Source: an uncultured Methanosarcinales archaeon (lineage in GTDB: Archaea; Nanobdellota; Nanobdellia; Woesearchaeales; GW2011-AR9). Taken from it: DNA of 64,000 nucleotides. The notes beneath the pieces are model-generated. The model worked only from the letters and a program-made list of their open reading frames with translations, did no database searches and was not told the DNA's origin. The DNA is taken from the NCBI GenBank assembly GCA_964343575.1, contig CAYFJV010000002.1:69585-133584 (forward strand). Direction: 5' to 3'. Both the position numbers and the translations under genes were made by a program. This document shows positions 54,892 to 63,644 of this stretch, one piece after another; within the stretch, counting starts at the first letter, position 1, and each line of letters opens with the position of its first letter.

Positions 54892-55026
54892 ATGTGGAAC
54901 AAGAAAGGGATGGAATTTTGGCAATTGGTGTTGATTGTTCTTGCAGTGCTTATCATGCTTTTCTTTATTGTCTTTTACAACCAATTAGGAGATAAGTTGC
55001 GTGAAATTATAGGGGGCTTTTTTTAG
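54892..55026 (+). CDS. Mini-pilin (44 aa), not in the ORF track
   Basis: MWNKKG|MEFWQLVLIVLAVLIMLFFIVFYNQLGDKLREIIGGFF. SD-like GAGGTG lies 9 nt upstream. The stop is 1 nt before the next ATG. Confidence 0.45.
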   Translation: MWNKKGMEFWQLVLIVLAVLIMLFFIVFYNQLGDKLREIIGGFF

Positions 55027-55027
55027 G

Positions 55028-55813
55028 ATGGAGTTTACTTTTGCTAAACTTGGCTCTGGTATTTTGGCGGTGATTGCTCTTTTTTTTCTAGCAGCTTGGT
55101 TCTGGAGTAGTTCTGCTGAGGCAAAGGAATCAGTTTTTGAAGGGATTGATAACACACTCCCAGATATTGGTGCTGCCGAAGTTGATGGCGTTGATAAGAT
55201 TGTTCTGAGTGAAGAGCATCAAGCAGCAGTTGATGAACTTGTCTTTATGATGGAATTTATGGCGGTCAGCGAAGAGGCTTGTTTTTCTCAGTATAATGGC
55301 CTGGCAAGTTATGGAGAGAATGGTTTTCCTGCCCTTGGAACTGCAACGGGCGGAACTGCTTTGAGTTTTGTTTACAGTGCTGAGAAAGAGGAGACCGCAA
55401 TTACCATCTCTGGAGGTGCCCAAAGTCAGCTTATTCAGAGAATAGAAATTCCAGAAGTACGCCCTTGTATTATCGCAGGTAGTGAGGAAGTTTCTGGACT
55501 TTTACTTGCGCTTTGGCATAACATTGATGAAAAAAGAATCAGTGATGACCACCACATTCCTGTTGAGTCTCTTATTATCTCGGATGATGGGGGGGAGAAT
55601 ACAATAAATTATGGTTTTGGCCCCCAAGAATTTTTGGACTCTGGCTATCTTTATACCCCTGGGAATGGAAATGTTTGTTTCTTCCCAACAGTAGAAGATG
55701 AGGGAGATGTTTGTACTGCTACAAGAGAAGGGCTGGAAGAAAGTTGTTTTGATGAAGGCATGGAGAATGGTATCCCAGCATTGCTTGATGAAGGTTATTT
55801 GTTAGAATGCTAG
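55028..55813 (+). CDS. Secreted acidic Cys-containing protein (Sec-type signal, AEA|KE site)
   Basis: MEFTFAKLGSGILAVIALFFLAAWFWSSSAEA|KE. The post-signal AEAKE motif is shared with the next gene, which suggests paralogs. Confidence 0.5.
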   Translation: MEFTFAKLGSGILAVIALFFLAAWFWSSSAEAKESVFEGIDNTLPDIGAAEVDGVDKIVLSEEHQAAVDELVFMMEFMAVSEEACFSQYNGLASYGENGFPALGTATGGTALSFVYSAEKEETAITISGGAQSQLIQRIEIPEVRPCIIAGSEEVSGLLLALWHNIDEKRISDDHHIPVESLIISDDGGENTINYGFGPQEFLDSGYLYTPGNGNVCFFPTVEDEGDVCTATREGLEESCFDEGMENGIPALLDEGYLLEC

Positions 55814-55838
55814 TATTTTTTGAGTAGAGAAAAGGAAA

Positions 55839-56828
55839 ATGGTGAGAATGGAAAAAAAAGGCCAAATGCAGTTTGATCTGACCAGAATGATTGTTGTCGT
55901 CGTTGGTTTTCTTGTGATTGTTGGCCTTATCTTTTTTACAACTAGTAATGCTGAAGCAAAAGAGCCAGAACTTATCTGTGAAGAAAGTGTTGCCTTTCGT
56001 GCAGCGAGCGCCGTAGAATTTGCTGGGCAAGACATTAAGTACGCGCCAATTCTTTGTAAAACTGAGGATGAAGTTGTTTCTGGAAGTCAAGAAGAAGTCT
56101 TGGAAGAGTTTGCAGATTCCATGGCGAGTTGTTGGCAGATGTTCGGTGAAGGAAGATACAAAAATGATGTCTTTAGTAGCATGAGCATCTTCCAGCAAAA
56201 TAGTTGTTTTGTTTGTAATACTCTTTTAATTGAAGATATTAAGGCAGATGATGGTGATGAGCCTCTTGCTGGGGCTGCGTTTAGTTTTCCATTTGGGGTT
56301 GAAGAAGAAGGTGGTTCAATCTCTACGGACGAATTCCTTGAGTATATCATTGAAGAAGAACACCCTAAATTAGATGAAGTTAGCTATTTAGATTATTTTC
56401 AGAGTTATGCTGGAGATGGGAGGATTGTTCCTATCTTTAGTGGAGAAGAGGTTGACGGGGCTGTTGAAGTAGTTGGTATTGAAGAAGACCGAGCTTATGC
56501 TATTGCATTTGGTTCGCGAACAAGTTCTTGTGATTTTTGTGATACGCTCTTTGGTGGTGGAGTTGCCACCACTGCCTTAGGAGTTGCAGCTTTTGCTTAC
56601 TTGCCAGTTGGAGGAACACTTGCTTTGTACACTATTGGTGCAGGGGGGGTTGCTACTGTGGTTGGTGGAACCGGTGTGTTTAGTGATGTTTTTGGTGATG
56701 TTTTGTACGCTGATGATTTTGTTGAAAGTAGAGATGTAAGTACTGTTTATGTGGTTGATATTACCAACAGTGCTGCGCTGGAAGATTTTGGAAATAGTTG
56801 CGCCATTGTGCCGGAGTATATAAGATGA
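55839..56828 (+). CDS. Type IV pilin-like protein (class III signal peptide)
   Basis: MVRMEKKG|QMQFDLTRMIVVVVGFLVIVGLIFF, followed by TTSNAEAKEP. The mature part is acidic and Cys-rich. Confidence 0.55.
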   Translation: MVRMEKKGQMQFDLTRMIVVVVGFLVIVGLIFFTTSNAEAKEPELICEESVAFRAASAVEFAGQDIKYAPILCKTEDEVVSGSQEEVLEEFADSMASCWQMFGEGRYKNDVFSSMSIFQQNSCFVCNTLLIEDIKADDGDEPLAGAAFSFPFGVEEEGGSISTDEFLEYIIEEEHPKLDEVSYLDYFQSYAGDGRIVPIFSGEEVDGAVEVVGIEEDRAYAIAFGSRTSSCDFCDTLFGGGVATTALGVAAFAYLPVGGTLALYTIGAGGVATVVGGTGVFSDVFGDVLYADDFVESRDVSTVYVVDITNSAALEDFGNSCAIVPEYIR

Positions 56829-57223
56829 TTAATTTGGGTACTAGTGGGACTCTCTTTGGAAAGAAGGGACAAGGTTCACGAACCATTGTGGTCCTTATTG
56901 CTGCAGTATTGGTACTTGTTGTTGTTATTCTTCTTATTGCCATGTTCTCTCGAGGGGGAAGTACCGCTTTTGGAGGTATTAGTGATACCATTAGCTCTCT
57001 TGGTGATTGTGATGAAGATCTTGTTGCTAATTTGCAAGATAAATGTCCTTGTCTTGCTGGAGATCCTGCCAGTGAATTTGCAGGTTGTCCCTCCTCAGTT
57101 CGAGAAGAAGCAGATCTAGAAAATTATCAATGTAGTGAAGAAGAGCTTGCTGCTTGCGCTGCTGAAGAAGAAGAAGAGGATCCAAGAGGAGGAGATGGAG
57201 AAGAAGCGGGTGATGAAGTATGA
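56825..57223 (+). CDS. Type IV pilin-like protein (class III signal peptide)
   Basis: MINLGTSGTLFGKKG|QGSRTIVVLIAAVLVLVVVILLIAMF. The ATGA overlaps the upstream gene. The acidic C-terminus has Cys pairs. Confidence 0.5.
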   Translation: MINLGTSGTLFGKKGQGSRTIVVLIAAVLVLVVVILLIAMFSRGGSTAFGGISDTISSLGDCDEDLVANLQDKCPCLAGDPASEFAGCPSSVREEADLENYQCSEEELAACAAEEEEEDPRGGDGEEAGDEV

Positions 57224-58002
57224 GCTCTGTTTTTAGAAGTAGAAAGGGGTCTACGGTGATGCTTCCTTTTGTAGTTTCTATTCTTATTGGATTATTGTTA
57301 GTTGGATCCATTACTGGGATTGGCTATCGGCTTTTTGCAGAGAACGATCAAGCAGAAGAGAGTTTCGTAGAGTTTGCTGAGAAAATTAATGAAGCATCTC
57401 TCGCTGGCGAGGGAACTTCAAGCATTGTTCATTTAGATAGAGATAGTTTCATTATTGCTTACAATGCAGGCAAAGATACTTCTATCTGTACGGGGGGAGT
57501 AGATGGCTCGGTTTATGCTTGTGGGCCAAGTAATTATCCTTCTTCTGATGAAAATTGTGCGGGGGACGCTTGTATCTGTCTTTGTAGTGATTATTATACT
57601 CGCTCGGTGGTGGAAGGAGATAGTGATGATGAAGTGCTTGTTTGTGAGCAGCGTCAGTGTCTTGGAACTCCAGGTGTTATCTATACTGATAATTTGGCGC
57701 TTGAAAACTTTTATCTTGATGAAAGCGTTGTGGTTCCCAATATTGCTACTGGTCATTTCGATCAAGGATTTATTATTACTCGAGATGTTTTGAATCCAAG
57801 TTTTTTTGCATTTCCTTTCATGGATTTTGGCAGACAATTTTTTACTATTACTTACGTAGAGGGGGTTGAAGGCGGAGCAGAAATTGCTGTGTGTAGAAAC
57901 GATCCTTGTGTCATTTTTGGAGAAGAAACAGTTTTTGAAGAGGAGCAAGAGGAAAGAATTTTGGAGGGGGAGCAGGAGGAAGAAGCTGCACTGCTTTCTT
58001 AG
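57220..58002 (+). CDS. Type IV pilin-like protein (class III signal peptide), Cys-rich
   Basis: MSSVFRSRKG|STVMLPFVVSILIGLLLVGSITGIGY. The ATGA overlaps the upstream gene. Confidence 0.55.
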   Translation: MSSVFRSRKGSTVMLPFVVSILIGLLLVGSITGIGYRLFAENDQAEESFVEFAEKINEASLAGEGTSSIVHLDRDSFIIAYNAGKDTSICTGGVDGSVYACGPSNYPSSDENCAGDACICLCSDYYTRSVVEGDSDDEVLVCEQRQCLGTPGVIYTDNLALENFYLDESVVVPNIATGHFDQGFIITRDVLNPSFFAFPFMDFGRQFFTITYVEGVEGGAEIAVCRNDPCVIFGEETVFEEEQEERILEGEQEEEAALLS

Positions 58003-58005
58003 AAC

Positions 58006-58485
58006 ATGTATTCGCTTTTCTCCAACAAAAAAGCAAGCACTATTATGATTTTTATCATTCAGCTAGTTTTAGTTGTCTTGATTGTTGGAAGCATTTCTGT
58101 GTATATGAAAGATTCCGCTACTGGTGAGCGCGTGAATAAAATTTTACTTGCTGATGAGCTTGCAGGAGCAGTGCAGTTGTTGGTTGCGCAGCCAGGAGAT
58201 GCTGTGTTAGAATTCCCTTTGCAAGAAGGCCAAGACCTTTCTTTGTATGTGATTACTTTGTCTGGAGGAGAGGTATCTGTCTTTTTGGAAGATGAAGGTT
58301 CTTTGACTGCAATTACTCGTGATCTTTTATTGCCAAAAGAGTATGATGCTGTTGGTGCATCTAACCAGTTAGCATATTTTTGTTTGAGGAAAGAGGGAAG
58401 GAGTGTTTTCTTAGAGTCTTGTGTTTCTGAGGAAGTCCTTGAAGAAGAAAGTGAGATGGAAGAAGAGGTCTTTGCAAATGTTTAG
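58006..58485 (+). CDS. Type IV pilin-like protein (class III-like signal, Ala at position -1)
   Basis: MYSLFSNKKA|STIMIFIIQLVLVVLIVGSISVYM. Confidence 0.45.
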   Translation: MYSLFSNKKASTIMIFIIQLVLVVLIVGSISVYMKDSATGERVNKILLADELAGAVQLLVAQPGDAVLEFPLQEGQDLSLYVITLSGGEVSVFLEDEGSLTAITRDLLLPKEYDAVGASNQLAYFCLRKEGRSVFLESCVSEEVLEEESEMEEEVFANV

Positions 58486-59008
58486 CATTATGTTTAGAGG
58501 CATGCTTGAGAATAGAAAAGGAGAGTCTTCTGCTCCCATCGCTTGGACTTTTATCTTTTTTATGGCGCTTATCCCATTAATAATTGTACTTGCTTTTGTT
58601 ACTTTGTTTACTATTGGTACTTTTCAAGGGAATGTTACTGAGCAGCCCCTGGCTTTACAGGCAGATTCTTTGGCAGAACGCTTCTTTTCTAGTTCAGAGT
58701 GTTTTGCTTACGAAGATCCTTTTACTGGGGAGTTTGTAAAAAATAGCATTGATTTGGAAAAGTTTACTGCAGAGCAGTTTGAGCGGTGTTATTTTACAGG
58801 AGAAGGTGGTTTTGAAGATGTTAATTTTGCCATTGTTTTGCCGGCCTATGAGGGTGTTGGTTTAACAAGTGATAATTATTACAATGTTTATGGAACTATT
58901 TTTGAGCAGTTAGTATTGGTGTATGAGGAGAGAGAAGAAGGGCAGGAAGGAGAGAGAAGGAGACCTGTTTTGAGTCAGATTGAAATTCATGTGCAAGGAG
59001 AAGTATGA
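58478..59008 (+). CDS. Type IV pilin-like protein (class III-like signal)
   Basis: MFSIMFRGMLENRKG|ESSAPIAWTFIFFMALIPLIIVLAFVTLF. The start is reassigned from the track's 58421 and overlaps the upstream gene by 8 nt. Confidence 0.45.
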   Translation: MFSIMFRGMLENRKGESSAPIAWTFIFFMALIPLIIVLAFVTLFTIGTFQGNVTEQPLALQADSLAERFFSSSECFAYEDPFTGEFVKNSIDLEKFTAEQFERCYFTGEGGFEDVNFAIVLPAYEGVGLTSDNYYNVYGTIFEQLVLVYEEREEGQEGERRRPVLSQIEIHVQGEV

Positions 59009-59523
59009 TGTTGTTATTAAAAAACAAAAAGGGAGCATTTGCGGGGGCAGCAGACATAATTCTTTTTGCTGGCCTTGTACTTATTTTGCTTGTACTTGTT
59101 GGTATCTTTAACACAGCTGCTGCTGCTGAAAATGTTGGGGCAACAACTTCTGTCTTACAGCTCGATGCCAACGAAGATGTACTTACTTTGCTTCGCAGTA
59201 CAGTGAACTATGATGATCAGGAGATTAGCTTTGGGCACTTGGTGGAGTTGTCTCAAAACCAAGGCCAAGAAGAACTTGAGCGAGGTATTCTGAAGGAGAG
59301 TCATGAGCTTTTAGATCCTGTTGTTGGTGAGAATAATTGGGCAATAAACATTTGTTATGAAGATAAAGGAAGCCATGATAGCAAGTGTTGGTTGTATTTG
59401 AACTCTAATCGTTGGAGTGCTACGGTTAAAGGACCAAAAGGCAATTTAGAAAGTGAAGGAAGTATTACTTTTATTGATCAGAAAAGCGAGCGTGTGACAG
59501 TTACTTTGCGCTTGCTGAAATAG
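59005..59523 (+). CDS. Type IV pilin-like protein (class III signal peptide)
   Basis: MMLLLKNKKG|AFAGAADIILFAGLVLILLVLVGIF. The ATGA overlaps the upstream gene. Confidence 0.55.
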   Translation: MMLLLKNKKGAFAGAADIILFAGLVLILLVLVGIFNTAAAAENVGATTSVLQLDANEDVLTLLRSTVNYDDQEISFGHLVELSQNQGQEELERGILKESHELLDPVVGENNWAINICYEDKGSHDSKCWLYLNSNRWSATVKGPKGNLESEGSITFIDQKSERVTVTLRLLK

Positions 59524-59543
59524 ACGAGAAGTTATTAATTTAG

Positions 59544-60908
59544 GTGTTAAGGATGTTGTTTGAAAACAAGAGAGGAGAAATTATGCATTGGGCAGTCATT
59601 GGTGTGATTTTAGCTCTTGGCATGTTTTTTGTTTATTCTTACGGAACAACCCTTGATTTTGGCGGTAAGGATTTTACTGCTCTTGAGGTTGGTAATGTTT
59701 TTGAGCAAGCAGAGATTGATAAGTATTATCTTGAGAGGAGCATGCAACATTTGGCTTGGGAGACTGTTCTGGATTTAGCTGCGGTTGGTGGTATGCCTGA
59801 TCAATACTGTGGAGAATATTTGGGTTATACTTTGTGGAACAATAAAGTTGAGAGTTGTTATGTAGAAGAGGGAGATGGTTTTGTTGAGTTATTTGCAAGC
59901 AATTTTGCTTTAGAATCTAACTCTTTGTTTTATGAAAATGAAGTGGTACTCGGGGGCGACTATTCTTCAGAAGATGAGCTTGGGGATGTTGTTTTGCGTG
60001 AAGTTGAGACTACTTTTCCCGAGGATTTTGCTTATGAGTTTAGTTATGAAGGAGGGCGTTTTTCTGGAAAAAGTTCTGAAGAAGTGTTTATTAGTGATGA
60101 TCGAGAAAAAATAAGTTACTCTTTTTCACCTTCCTTTAGTGTTGACCTTGGTTACGGTTTAAGCTCTGAGTATGCTGTTTTGAAAGAAGAATCTGCATTG
60201 CTTCTTGCTTCTTGTAGCTCAAGTTTACTCTTGCGTGAATGTTTAGAGAGAGAAATGAAAGATCGTTGGCACTTTATGCACTGTGATTTGCCAGCTTATC
60301 AAGAAGAGCGTCGTCAAGTTGCCTTTTGTGTAGAGAGTCCTGGCGAAGAGAAGGTGTTTAAAGGCGTTAGTGAGTTAGTTCCTGTGCAGTATAAGTTTGC
60401 CTTAGATTTTAGTTCTCCTGGCGCTTTTCCAGTGCAAGATCTTATCGTGGGGTATGATGCAGCTTTTGATCTTTATGAGATTAGCTTTGTTGGCGGGGAT
60501 GTGGGGCTTGCTGCTGATTGGTATCATATTTACCTGACAACTTATGATGATAGTATGTACGTTGGCCCTATTGAAGATTTTTTGGGCTATCAATTTTCAG
60601 GAATTTATTTTGAAGAGTTTGCTTTCTCTTCTGAGGATGTTAGCTTGGAATGTCCTTTGACAAATCCAGTTGCGGTTGCTGGCGGAGCTTTTGCTTGTGG
60701 TGATAGGGTGTATTATTACCTTGCTCCAGAAGATTTGCCGAGTTTGCCTTTATTTGAGGAGTATTTTGTAGGGGTTGGTGCTTGGGAAGGTGGTGAAGAG
60801 TCGGTAGTCAATGGTTTTGTCGCTTTGCCTGAACATCCTCTTAGTTTAGATATTGGCTCGGGTCCTGGTCTAGAAGAATCCTTGGAAGAAGAGATGGCAA
60901 CTATCTAG
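59544..60908 (+). CDS. Type IV pilin-like protein (class III signal peptide), 454 aa, acidic
   Basis: MLRMLFENKRG|EIMHWAVIGVILALGMFFVYSYG. SD-like AGGTG lies upstream. Confidence 0.55.
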   Translation: MLRMLFENKRGEIMHWAVIGVILALGMFFVYSYGTTLDFGGKDFTALEVGNVFEQAEIDKYYLERSMQHLAWETVLDLAAVGGMPDQYCGEYLGYTLWNNKVESCYVEEGDGFVELFASNFALESNSLFYENEVVLGGDYSSEDELGDVVLREVETTFPEDFAYEFSYEGGRFSGKSSEEVFISDDREKISYSFSPSFSVDLGYGLSSEYAVLKEESALLLASCSSSLLLRECLEREMKDRWHFMHCDLPAYQEERRQVAFCVESPGEEKVFKGVSELVPVQYKFALDFSSPGAFPVQDLIVGYDAAFDLYEISFVGGDVGLAADWYHIYLTTYDDSMYVGPIEDFLGYQFSGIYFEEFAFSSEDVSLECPLTNPVAVAGGAFACGDRVYYYLAPEDLPSLPLFEEYFVGVGAWEGGEESVVNGFVALPEHPLSLDIGSGPGLEESLEEEMATI

Positions 60909-60983
60909 ATTGTATGAGCAAAATGCTTATAAAGCATTTTTCTTGTGTTTTCTTCATTATTTTGATCTTTCGGGGTGGTCATT

Positions 60984-62003
60984 ATGTATAAGATTCCTTT
61001 AGCTGAATTAAAAGAAAAAATTGTGGCTTCTGGCAAGCTTGACGCTGCTGGACTTGATGAGCGTATTCGCTCTAAAATAAATGAACTTTCTGGGCTTATT
61101 AGTGAGGAGGGTGCAACACACATCATTGCTAACGAACTTGGTGTTGAAGTTGTTGCTCCAGATAAGGATCGTTTGAAAGTAAAAGAGATCTATGCTGGTA
61201 TGGCAAAGGTGAACACACTTGTTAAAGTAATTCAAAAGTATGAAGTGCGCGAATTTAACAGCAATGGGCGTGCAGGAAAGGTTTGTTCTTTATTCGTAGG
61301 AGATGATACGGGGGTTACTCGCCTTGTTTTTTGGAACGATCAAGTTGATCAGTTAGGAGAAGTTGTTGAAGGAAGCATTTTGCTTGTTAAAGAAGCTTAT
61401 GCTCGTGATAATCGTGGGAGGGTAGAAGTGCACATGGGAAGAAATGGTACTTTTACTCTGAATCCAGAAGGAGAGAGTGTTGAAGTGATCGCCCGTGCTG
61501 CTTCTGGAGATGGTGGTGCTGGTGGCGCAGATTACTCTCGTAAAAGTATTGGTGAACTTGGTGGTGGCGAAGAAGGTGTTGAACTCTTAGGCACCATAGT
61601 ACAAGTTTTTGATCCTCGCTTTTTCTTCTTGTGTCCTGAATGTAACAAACGAGCAAGTGAAGGTGGCGAAGGCGGAGCTTATACTTGCGCTGCTCATGGT
61701 GCAGTTAGTCCTGTCTTGTCTTACGTCCTTAATGCTATCGTTGATGATGGTTCTGGAAACATTCGTGGCGTTTTTTGGAAAAACCAGACAAACAATTTGT
61801 TGAAGATGACTGAAGAAGATTTGAGCTCTTATCGAGATAATCCTGCCTCTTTTGAGGATATAAAGACTGAGCTGCTTGGCGAGCAAGTTTTACTTATGGG
61901 GCGTGTTAAGAAAAATGAGATGTTTAATCGTCTTGAGTTTAGTGTGCAGCGGGTTGCTAAGGCAGATGCTGGAGCTGAGCTTGCCCGTGCTCGTGGAGAA
62001 TAG
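60984..62003 (+). CDS. rpa: Replication protein A (RPA), OB-folds plus zinc ribbon
   Basis: The N-terminus MYKIPLAELKEKI...ISEEGATHIIANELGV is typical of archaeal RPA. The protein contains OB-folds and a C4-type Zn motif (CPECNKR...C..H). Confidence 0.8.
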   Translation: MYKIPLAELKEKIVASGKLDAAGLDERIRSKINELSGLISEEGATHIIANELGVEVVAPDKDRLKVKEIYAGMAKVNTLVKVIQKYEVREFNSNGRAGKVCSLFVGDDTGVTRLVFWNDQVDQLGEVVEGSILLVKEAYARDNRGRVEVHMGRNGTFTLNPEGESVEVIARAASGDGGAGGADYSRKSIGELGGGEEGVELLGTIVQVFDPRFFFLCPECNKRASEGGEGGAYTCAAHGAVSPVLSYVLNAIVDDGSGNIRGVFWKNQTNNLLKMTEEDLSSYRDNPASFEDIKTELLGEQVLLMGRVKKNEMFNRLEFSVQRVAKADAGAELARARGE

Positions 62004-62053
62004 TTATGATAAATAGAATGATTGAAATAACTAGTTTTTTATAGCTTTCTTTT

Positions 62054-62521
62054 TTGTTCTTTTTGATGTTATTTGTTGGGCATGTGTTATTGGGCTTAGT
62101 TGTGTATCTTATCTTTAGTCCTTTTTTCTCTGCAGGTAACGAGCTGATTTTTTTTCTTGTGCTTATGTTGGGCTCTTTGCTCCCAGATATCGATGAAGAA
62201 CACAGCAAAATTAACCAATGGAGTGGTATTGTTGGGAAAGTTGTTGCTAAAATTTTTCCTCACCGTGGCTTTTTGCACTCACTCTTATTTTTTGGAATCC
62301 TTGCAGGGCTTATCTCTTATTTTTGGCAAAGCGCTTATGCGGTTGCTTTGTTGCTTGGTTACCTTGCTCACATTATTGGGGATGGTATTTCTTTGTCTGG
62401 GGTGCGGGTGTTTTTCCCTTTTCGAGTTAAGATTAGGGGGCCTTTGCGAGTTGGAAGTCATGCAGAGATGGCAATAACTCTTCTTTTGTTTATTCTGGTG
62501 CTCAAGCTTCTTTTCTTCTGA
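62054..62521 (+). CDS. Membrane-bound metal-dependent hydrolase (YdjM/DUF457-like)
   Basis: Four TM helices with conserved His/Asp residues (LLPDIDEEHS, HRGFLHS, HIIGD). Confidence 0.5.
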   Translation: MFFLMLFVGHVLLGLVVYLIFSPFFSAGNELIFFLVLMLGSLLPDIDEEHSKINQWSGIVGKVVAKIFPHRGFLHSLLFFGILAGLISYFWQSAYAVALLLGYLAHIIGDGISLSGVRVFFPFRVKIRGPLRVGSHAEMAITLLLFILVLKLLFF

Positions 62522-62560
62522 AGATTTTTTCTAAATTCCTTATTGATAATCATTTTCACC

Positions 62561-62574
62561 AAAGCTTATAAAAG
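62561..62574 (+). promoter_or_regulatory. BRE/TATA motif AAAGCTTATAAAAG about 25-30 nt upstream of the ZIP transporter ATG at 62597
   Basis: The motif lies inside the N-terminal extension of the track ORF (62543), which argues for the downstream start. Confidence 0.5.
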
Positions 62575-62596
62575 GGAGTTTTGTTTTCTTGGAACT

Positions 62597-63364
62597 ATGT
62601 ACGTTGTTTATGCAATTTTGGCATCAGCTTTGGTATCTTTAGTTTCTATTCTGGTTGCCATTCCTTTTCTTTTTAGGAAAGAAATTCCGCAGAAGACGCT
62701 TTTGGTTCTTTTGGCGGTTTCAGTTGGAACCTTGCTCGGAGTTGTATTTTTAGATTTTTTACCTGAAGCTACATCCCATGGTTATACTCTTGGAATGGTT
62801 TTTACACTCTTGTTTGGTTTTTTGTTTATGCTCTTGGTTGAAAAGTTGGTGCATTTTGAGCATGAAGAACACCACTCTAAGCATCAGGGGCACAGGCATG
62901 CTTACGCTTTAGCTCCGGTAAATTTAATTGGAGAAGCAGTGCACAATTTTGTTGACGGCTTAGTTATTGCGGGAAGTTTTGCAGTTGACATTGGTTTAGG
63001 AATAGCGGCTACTGTTTCCATTGCTTTGCATGAGATTCCACAGGAAATTGCGGATTTGGGCGTATTGCTTTATGCTGGGCTTTCTCGTAAGCGGGCATTG
63101 TTGTTTAACTTCATTTCTGCCCTCACTGCAATGTTGGGAACGGTTGTAGGTCTTGTGCTTGTTGGAAAACTCAGCGGTTTTACTACGTTTATCTTACCTT
63201 TTGCTGCCGGAAATTTTTTGTATATCGCGGCTTCTAATTTGACACCCCAACTCCACAAAGAATGTGATTTGAAACAAACTTTCTTACACTTGTTTGCTAT
63301 TTGTGTAGGGGTAGGAATAATTGTTTTGATTGTTCTTTATGGTCCTGGACATGTCCATGGTTAA
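62597..63364 (+). CDS. zupT: ZIP family (ZupT-like) zinc/metal transporter
   Basis: His-rich loop HEHEEHHSKHQGHRH and the conserved TM4/TM5 motifs HNFVDGLVIAG and HEIPQEIADLG. Confidence 0.8.
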   Translation: MYVVYAILASALVSLVSILVAIPFLFRKEIPQKTLLVLLAVSVGTLLGVVFLDFLPEATSHGYTLGMVFTLLFGFLFMLLVEKLVHFEHEEHHSKHQGHRHAYALAPVNLIGEAVHNFVDGLVIAGSFAVDIGLGIAATVSIALHEIPQEIADLGVLLYAGLSRKRALLFNFISALTAMLGTVVGLVLVGKLSGFTTFILPFAAGNFLYIAASNLTPQLHKECDLKQTFLHLFAICVGVGIIVLIVLYGPGHVHG

Positions 63365-63398
63365 TTTGTTAGATGTTTAAATTCGAGGTATTTGAAAA

Positions 63399-63623
63399 AT
63401 GATAAAGAAAAGTTTACTTGTAGTTTTGTTAGTTATTTTGGCTCTTGGCTTGCTTGCTTGCTCTACTGAGCTTGGGCACAGTGATGATGGAGATCATGAC
63501 CACGATGGTGATGGTGTGCAAGATCATGCTGCTGAAGATCATGATGATGATCACGAAGAGGAAGCTCATGAAGATGATGAAGAGCACGATGATGAGCACT
63601 CTGAAGAAGAGGAAGGGGAGTAA
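63399..63623 (+). CDS. His/Asp/Glu-rich putative metal-binding lipobox protein
   Basis: Signal peptide MIKKSLLVVLLVILALGLLAC|S with the lipobox LLAC. The mature 50 aa are almost entirely H/D/E (HSDDGDHDHDGDG...HDDDHEEEAHEDDEEHDDEHSEEEEGE). Confidence 0.55.
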   Translation: MIKKSLLVVLLVILALGLLACSTELGHSDDGDHDHDGDGVQDHAAEDHDDDHEEEAHEDDEEHDDEHSEEEEGE

Positions 63624-63644
63624 AGTTCCCTTCTTGTTTCATCA

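Noticed and set aside
60905-61235. Minus-strand small ORFs overlapping the RPA gene start
   Set aside because: They are antisense to the RPA coding frame and the promoter region, with no features.
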